Of a stretch of 64,000 nt of DNA, positions 60,029 to 64,000 are shown in pieces. The DNA lies in the NCBI GenBank assembly GCA_964567585.1, contig CAZMND010000002.1:7592-71591 (forward strand). Direction: 5' to 3'. Made by a program: the position numbers and the translations under genes. Under the pieces are notes generated by a model. The model had not been told where the DNA came from. It saw only the letters and a list, made by a program, of their open reading frames with translations, and ran no database searches. Source of the DNA: an uncultured Lachnospiraceae bacterium. Lineage in GTDB: Bacteria > Bacillota > Clostridia > Lachnospirales > Lachnospiraceae. Every line of letters starts with the position of its first letter. Position 1 is the first letter of the stretch.

Positions 60029-60727
60029 ATGATAAAAGACAATTATTTCAAAGTAAATGAACAGATTGTATCTGTATGTGAAAAGAACAATATTCCAAAA
60101 GAAAAAGTAACATTAATTGCAGTCAGCAAAACAAAACCCGTGGCAGATATTGAACAGGTATATGAAGCAGGATGTCGTGATTTTGGCGAAAACAAAGCGC
60201 AGGAGATGAAAGAAAAATACGAAGTACTTCCTAAGGATATCCGCTGGCATTTTATTGGAACTTTACAAAAAAACAAGGTAAAATATGTTGTAGGAAAAGC
60301 TTTTCTGATACACAGTGTCGACAGTTATGAGCTAGCATTGGAAATACAGAAACGCGCCGAAAAAATAGATGTTCACTGTGATATTTTAATTGAAGTAAAT
60401 GTTGCAAAAGAGGCTTCAAAACAAGGAATATTTGATTTTGAAGAAGTAATGGAAACCATAAAGCAAATCAGTGTACTACCTAATGTACACATTAAAGGTC
60501 TTATGACAATTGCTCCCATTTGTGAGAAATCATCGGACAATGCCATTTATTTTAGGCAGTTGAAGGATTTATCTGTTGACATAATGACCAAAAACATTGA
60601 TAATGTTTGTATGGATATTTTATCAATGGGTATGAGTTCTGATTATGAAACAGCCATAGAAGAGGGTGCTACATATGTCAGAGTAGGGACAAGCATCTTT
60701 GGCGTGCGAAATTATAGCCCACAATAA
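60029..60727 (+). CDS. yggS: YggS/YlmE-family PLP homeostasis protein
   Basis: LIAVSKTKP, FGENKAQE, HFIGTLQKNKVKY, LSMGMS-DYE-AIEEGAT-VRVGTSIFG. Confidence 0.92.
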   Translation: MIKDNYFKVNEQIVSVCEKNNIPKEKVTLIAVSKTKPVADIEQVYEAGCRDFGENKAQEMKEKYEVLPKDIRWHFIGTLQKNKVKYVVGKAFLIHSVDSYELALEIQKRAEKIDVHCDILIEVNVAKEASKQGIFDFEEVMETIKQISVLPNVHIKGLMTIAPICEKSSDNAIYFRQLKDLSVDIMTKNIDNVCMDILSMGMSSDYETAIEEGATYVRVGTSIFGVRNYSPQ

Positions 60728-60748
60728 GATATAGTAAAGGAGACAGAT

Positions 60749-61225
60749 ATGTTACTGGATAGGTTTGTAAATAGTTTTTCAACAATGGGAAATGATGATG
60801 TGTATGATGATTATGATGATCCGGATTATGTAGTAGATGAAGAACCGGTAAATACAAAGAAAGAATCTGCACCTGTTGAAGATGAAAGACCAAAGAGAAA
60901 CAACAATGCAAATAAAGTTTCTCCAATCGGAAGAAATAAAAGGGTACAGGGTAATGGAATGGAAGTATGTGTTATTAAGCCGACATCCGTTGATGATGGA
61001 AGAGAAATTACAGAAACACTGTTATCTAACAGAACGGTTGTTTTAAATTTGGAAGGTCTTGATGTCAATATTGCACAGAGAATTATTGACTTTGCTTCCG
61101 GTTCAACTTATGCAATCGGTGGCAGCTTACAAAAAATTTCACAATACATTTTTATTTTAACACCGGCAAGTGTTGATATTTCAGGTGATATCCAAGGCTA
61201 TTTTGATGGTGCATTTGATGTATAA
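60749..61225 (+). CDS. sepF: Cell division protein SepF
   Basis: RBS AAGGAG. The C-terminal domain VCVIKPTSVDDGREITETLLSNRTVVLNLEGLDVNIAQRIIDFASGSTYAIGGSLQKIS is typical SepF. Located after yggS. Confidence 0.9.
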   Translation: MLLDRFVNSFSTMGNDDVYDDYDDPDYVVDEEPVNTKKESAPVEDERPKRNNNANKVSPIGRNKRVQGNGMEVCVIKPTSVDDGREITETLLSNRTVVLNLEGLDVNIAQRIIDFASGSTYAIGGSLQKISQYIFILTPASVDISGDIQGYFDGAFDV

Positions 61226-61253
61226 AAATAAGAATTAAACAAAATCGTAAACT

Positions 61254-61297
61254 AAAAACTTCCCTCGCATTTCGTTGCGGTTTTGGGAAGTTTTTTC
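61254..61297 (+). terminator. Rho-independent terminator after sepF
   Basis: 11-bp stem AAAAACTTCCC / GGGAAGTTTTT with an inner CGCA/TGCG stem, then a T tract. Confidence 0.8.
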
Positions 61298-61333
61298 TAA
61301 ATAAATTATTATACAAAGAGAGGCTTAAATATT

Positions 61334-62443
61334 ATGGCTAACACACTTACAGTAAATATGGGAAACAAACCATGTTATGATATTTATATTACAAAAGGAT
61401 TCGATGCATTATGTGAGCAATTGACAAAAATTTCATTAACAGATAAGAAATTTGCAATTATAACTGATAGCCAGGTCGGACCAATTTATGCAGAAAAGGT
61501 TACTGATGCCTTAAAAACAGCCGCAACAGAGGTTGTTTCATTCAGTTTTAAAGCCGGAGAGGCAAGTAAAAATCTCGATACAATCAATGAAATCTATGAT
61601 TTTTTATTAGAAAATAATTTTACAAGAAGTGATGTTTTAATCGCTCTTGGTGGCGGTGTTGTAGGTGATATGACAGGTTTCGTTGCAGCAACATATATGC
61701 GCGGAATGGATTTTATCCAGGTGCCTACATCGCTTTTAGCCCAGGTAGACAGCAGTGTGGGCGGAAAAACAGGCGTTGATTATAAACAGTACAAAAACAT
61801 TATCGGTGCTTTCAATATGCCTCGTCTTGTTTACATCAATACAGAAACTTTAAATACTTTGGATGCAAGACAGTATTATGCCGGCATAGCCGAAGTAATG
61901 AAATATGGTCTTATCAGACGAAGTGCTTTTTATGTTTGGTTAATTGATAATATGTATGAAATTCACGATAAAGACGAAGCCGCTTTGGAATATATGATTG
62001 GTCAGTGTTGTCAGATAAAAAAAGAATATGTGGATAAAGATCCGTATGACAAAGGCGATAGAGCAATGTTGAATTTCGGACACACTATAGGCCACGCAAT
62101 CGAAAAAGCAATGGATTTCAAACTTCTTCACGGAGAATGCGTAGCTCTTGGTTCAGTTGCCGCTGCATTTATATCCTGGAAAAAAGGCTATATCCAAATG
62201 GAAGATTATTACGAAATCCGCGATATGTTCGTGCCGTTCAATTTACCAATCAGTATTGATGGAATCGATGCCGATGCCATTATGAACAACATTAAATATG
62301 ACAAAAAACATGACGGAAAAACTCTTAACTTTATTTCCTTAAAAAAGGTTGGAAAAGCCTTTATTGACAAGACAGTAACTGCTGAGGAAATTAAAGCAGC
62401 ATTGGATGAAATTATTTTTACCGAAGAGGATGCCCATGAATAA
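61334..62443 (+). CDS. aroB: 3-dehydroquinate synthase
   Basis: ALGGGVVGDMTGFVAATYMRGMDFIQVPTSLLAQVDSSVGGKTGVD, FGHTIGHAIE, and HGECVALG. Confidence 0.93.
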   Translation: MANTLTVNMGNKPCYDIYITKGFDALCEQLTKISLTDKKFAIITDSQVGPIYAEKVTDALKTAATEVVSFSFKAGEASKNLDTINEIYDFLLENNFTRSDVLIALGGGVVGDMTGFVAATYMRGMDFIQVPTSLLAQVDSSVGGKTGVDYKQYKNIIGAFNMPRLVYINTETLNTLDARQYYAGIAEVMKYGLIRRSAFYVWLIDNMYEIHDKDEAALEYMIGQCCQIKKEYVDKDPYDKGDRAMLNFGHTIGHAIEKAMDFKLLHGECVALGSVAAAFISWKKGYIQMEDYYEIRDMFVPFNLPISIDGIDADAIMNNIKYDKKHDGKTLNFISLKKVGKAFIDKTVTAEEIKAALDEIIFTEEDAHE

Positions 62444-62966
62444 AAGCCGGTTTAAAAAGAAAATTCTTATATGGGATTTTTTATGTCTTATTTTACTGAA
62501 TGTAGTAGACAGATTATCTAAATTTGCCGCTGTTTATTTTTGCGAAAATGAAAATTTCATAATTATAAAAGATGCATTTGAAATTACATATATGCAAAAT
62601 ACCGGTGGTGCATTGGGAATACTTAATAATCAAAGATTTTTCTTTATTTTTATTTCTGTACTTTTTATATGCCTGATTATATTTTTTATGCTGGCAATGC
62701 CTGATGAACGTAAATTTAACGCTTTGCATATATGGCTTTCATTTATCTTATCAGGTACGATAGGAAATGTTGCAGACAGAATTATTTATGGTTATGTAAT
62801 TGATATAATCTATATTTCCAAGATTAACTTCCCGGTATTTAATTTGTCGGATGTATTTATGAGTATGGGAACGATATTTTTAGTTATTATTGTTCTTTTC
62901 AGATTAAAAGAAAAAGATTTTGAATTTTTGAATTTTAAACAAAACAAATATAGAGAGATTAAATAA
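62436..62966 (+). CDS. lspA: Lipoprotein signal peptidase II
   Basis: NTGGALGIL (the N-x-G-x-A-F motif region), GNVADRIIYGYVIDII, and FPVFNLSD. The ATG at 62436 overlaps the aroB stop. Confidence 0.88.
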   Translation: MNKSRFKKKILIWDFLCLILLNVVDRLSKFAAVYFCENENFIIIKDAFEITYMQNTGGALGILNNQRFFFIFISVLFICLIIFFMLAMPDERKFNALHIWLSFILSGTIGNVADRIIYGYVIDIIYISKINFPVFNLSDVFMSMGTIFLVIIVLFRLKEKDFEFLNFKQNKYREIK

Positions 62967-63874
62967 TGGACAAATTTTTATTTCAGATACAGGAAGAACT
63001 GGCGGATGAAAGAATTGATAAATGCTTATCTGTATTGATGGACACATTATCACGTTCCTACATTCAAAAGTTAATTAAAGATGAACATGTATTAGTGAAT
63101 AATAAGGTTGTTAAAGCAAATTATCGCGTAAAAGAAGATGATGAGGTTTGCTTTTATCTCCCTAAAAGTGTGGAACCGGAAATTTTACCACAAGATATTC
63201 CTTTAGATGTTTTGTATGAAGATGAAGACGTAATTATTGTAAATAAACCGAAAGGAATGGTGGTTCATCCGGCCGCGGGACATTATAAAGATACCTTGGT
63301 AAATGGACTTTTATTTCATTGTAAAGACAGTCTGTCAGGGATTAATGGTGTAATGAGACCAGGAATAGTGCATCGGATTGATATGAATACGACAGGTTCT
63401 CTGATTGTATGTAAAAATGATTTGGCGCACAATCATATTGCAGAACAACTCAAGGTGCATTCCATAAACCGAAAATATCACGCCATTGTGTATGGTGTGT
63501 TAAAAGACGATTTTGGGACGATTGACAAACCAATCGGGAGAAGTGACACTGACCGCAAAAAAATGGCTGTAAACGCCAAAAACGGGCGAAATGCGGTGAC
63601 TCATTATAAAGTTTTAAAAAGATTTGAAAAATATACGTATATTGAATGTAAGTTGGAAACCGGAAGAACCCATCAAATCAGAGTTCATATGGCAAGCATA
63701 GGACATCCGATTTTAGGAGACGATGTGTATTCGGGTCGTTCTTGTCCGTTCAAATTAGAAGGACAGACACTACATGCAAAAACGATTGGTTTTGTACATC
63801 CAAGAACCGAAGAATATGTGGAATTTGATGCTGCGTTACCACATTATTTTGTACACTTGTTGGATATTTTATAG
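62966..63874 (+). CDS. rluD: RluA/RluD-family 23S rRNA pseudouridine synthase
   Basis: An S4-like N-terminus, the catalytic HRIDMNTTGSLIV, and GRTHQIRVHM. Confidence 0.9.
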   Translation: MDKFLFQIQEELADERIDKCLSVLMDTLSRSYIQKLIKDEHVLVNNKVVKANYRVKEDDEVCFYLPKSVEPEILPQDIPLDVLYEDEDVIIVNKPKGMVVHPAAGHYKDTLVNGLLFHCKDSLSGINGVMRPGIVHRIDMNTTGSLIVCKNDLAHNHIAEQLKVHSINRKYHAIVYGVLKDDFGTIDKPIGRSDTDRKKMAVNAKNGRNAVTHYKVLKRFEKYTYIECKLETGRTHQIRVHMASIGHPILGDDVYSGRSCPFKLEGQTLHAKTIGFVHPRTEEYVEFDAALPHYFVHLLDIL

Positions 63875-63911
63875 TATAATTTTAATAGAAAGATTTTTTG
63901 GGGGTGTATTT

Positions 63912-64000
63912 ATGAAAACAATCATTACAATCGGTCGTCAGTTCGGTTCAGGCGGAAGAGAAATAGGAGAGAAGATAGCTGCTCATTTTGGAATAAATTG
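63912..64000 (+). CDS. 5' end of a cytidylate-kinase-like family protein, truncated by the window end
   Basis: MKTIITIGRQFGSGGREIGEKIAAHFGI matches the conserved N-terminus of this family. Confidence 0.6.
   Translation, partial: MKTIITIGRQFGSGGREIGEKIAAHFGIN

Overview
This is a low-GC Firmicutes chromosome segment. Gene content and synteny look Clostridia-like, and yqfC/yqfD indicate a spore-former. Every gene I can support (about 55) lies on the + strand. I found no tRNA, rRNA, CRISPR array, transposase or integrase by eye.

Positions ~22,000-64,000 are ordinary, tightly packed housekeeping synteny: pdp; yqfC-yqfD-phoH-(pgpH-like)-ybeY; two FAD flavoproteins; proB-DUF896-MTHFS-proA; ptsI; miaB; sulP; mutS-mutL-miaA-ynbB; radC-mreBCD-pbp2-minCDE-rodA-mgsA-dac; yggS-sepF; aroB-lspA-rluD.

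Positions 1-19,650 are the unusual part and look like one long operon. A complete-looking but atypical F1-like ATPase module (c-like, b/delta-like, alpha, gamma, beta, epsilon, in canonical atp order) is translationally coupled to several membrane-anchored surface proteins:
- the 3' end of a multi-FN3-like protein;
- a (Gly-Gly-X)21 repeat protein;
- a 5-TM protein;
- a single-pass protein;
- a 3,476-aa giant protein with six FN3-like modules, three beta-helix cassettes carrying at least 18 GGLVG (GLUG-like) motifs, and TM segments at both ends.

The ATPase module has no recognisable a subunit. Its c-like protein has no mid-membrane carboxylate, epsilon lacks the inhibitory C-terminal helices, and alpha is C-terminally truncated. 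Beta keeps all the catalytic motifs. I read this as an ATP-hydrolysing F1-like motor or translocase dedicated to giant surface proteins. It is conceptually similar to the F1-like X0 ATPases of mycoplasmas but sits in a walled Clostridia-type genome.

All calls come from reading the translated ORFs and the DNA by eye. No HMM, BLAST or structure search was run.
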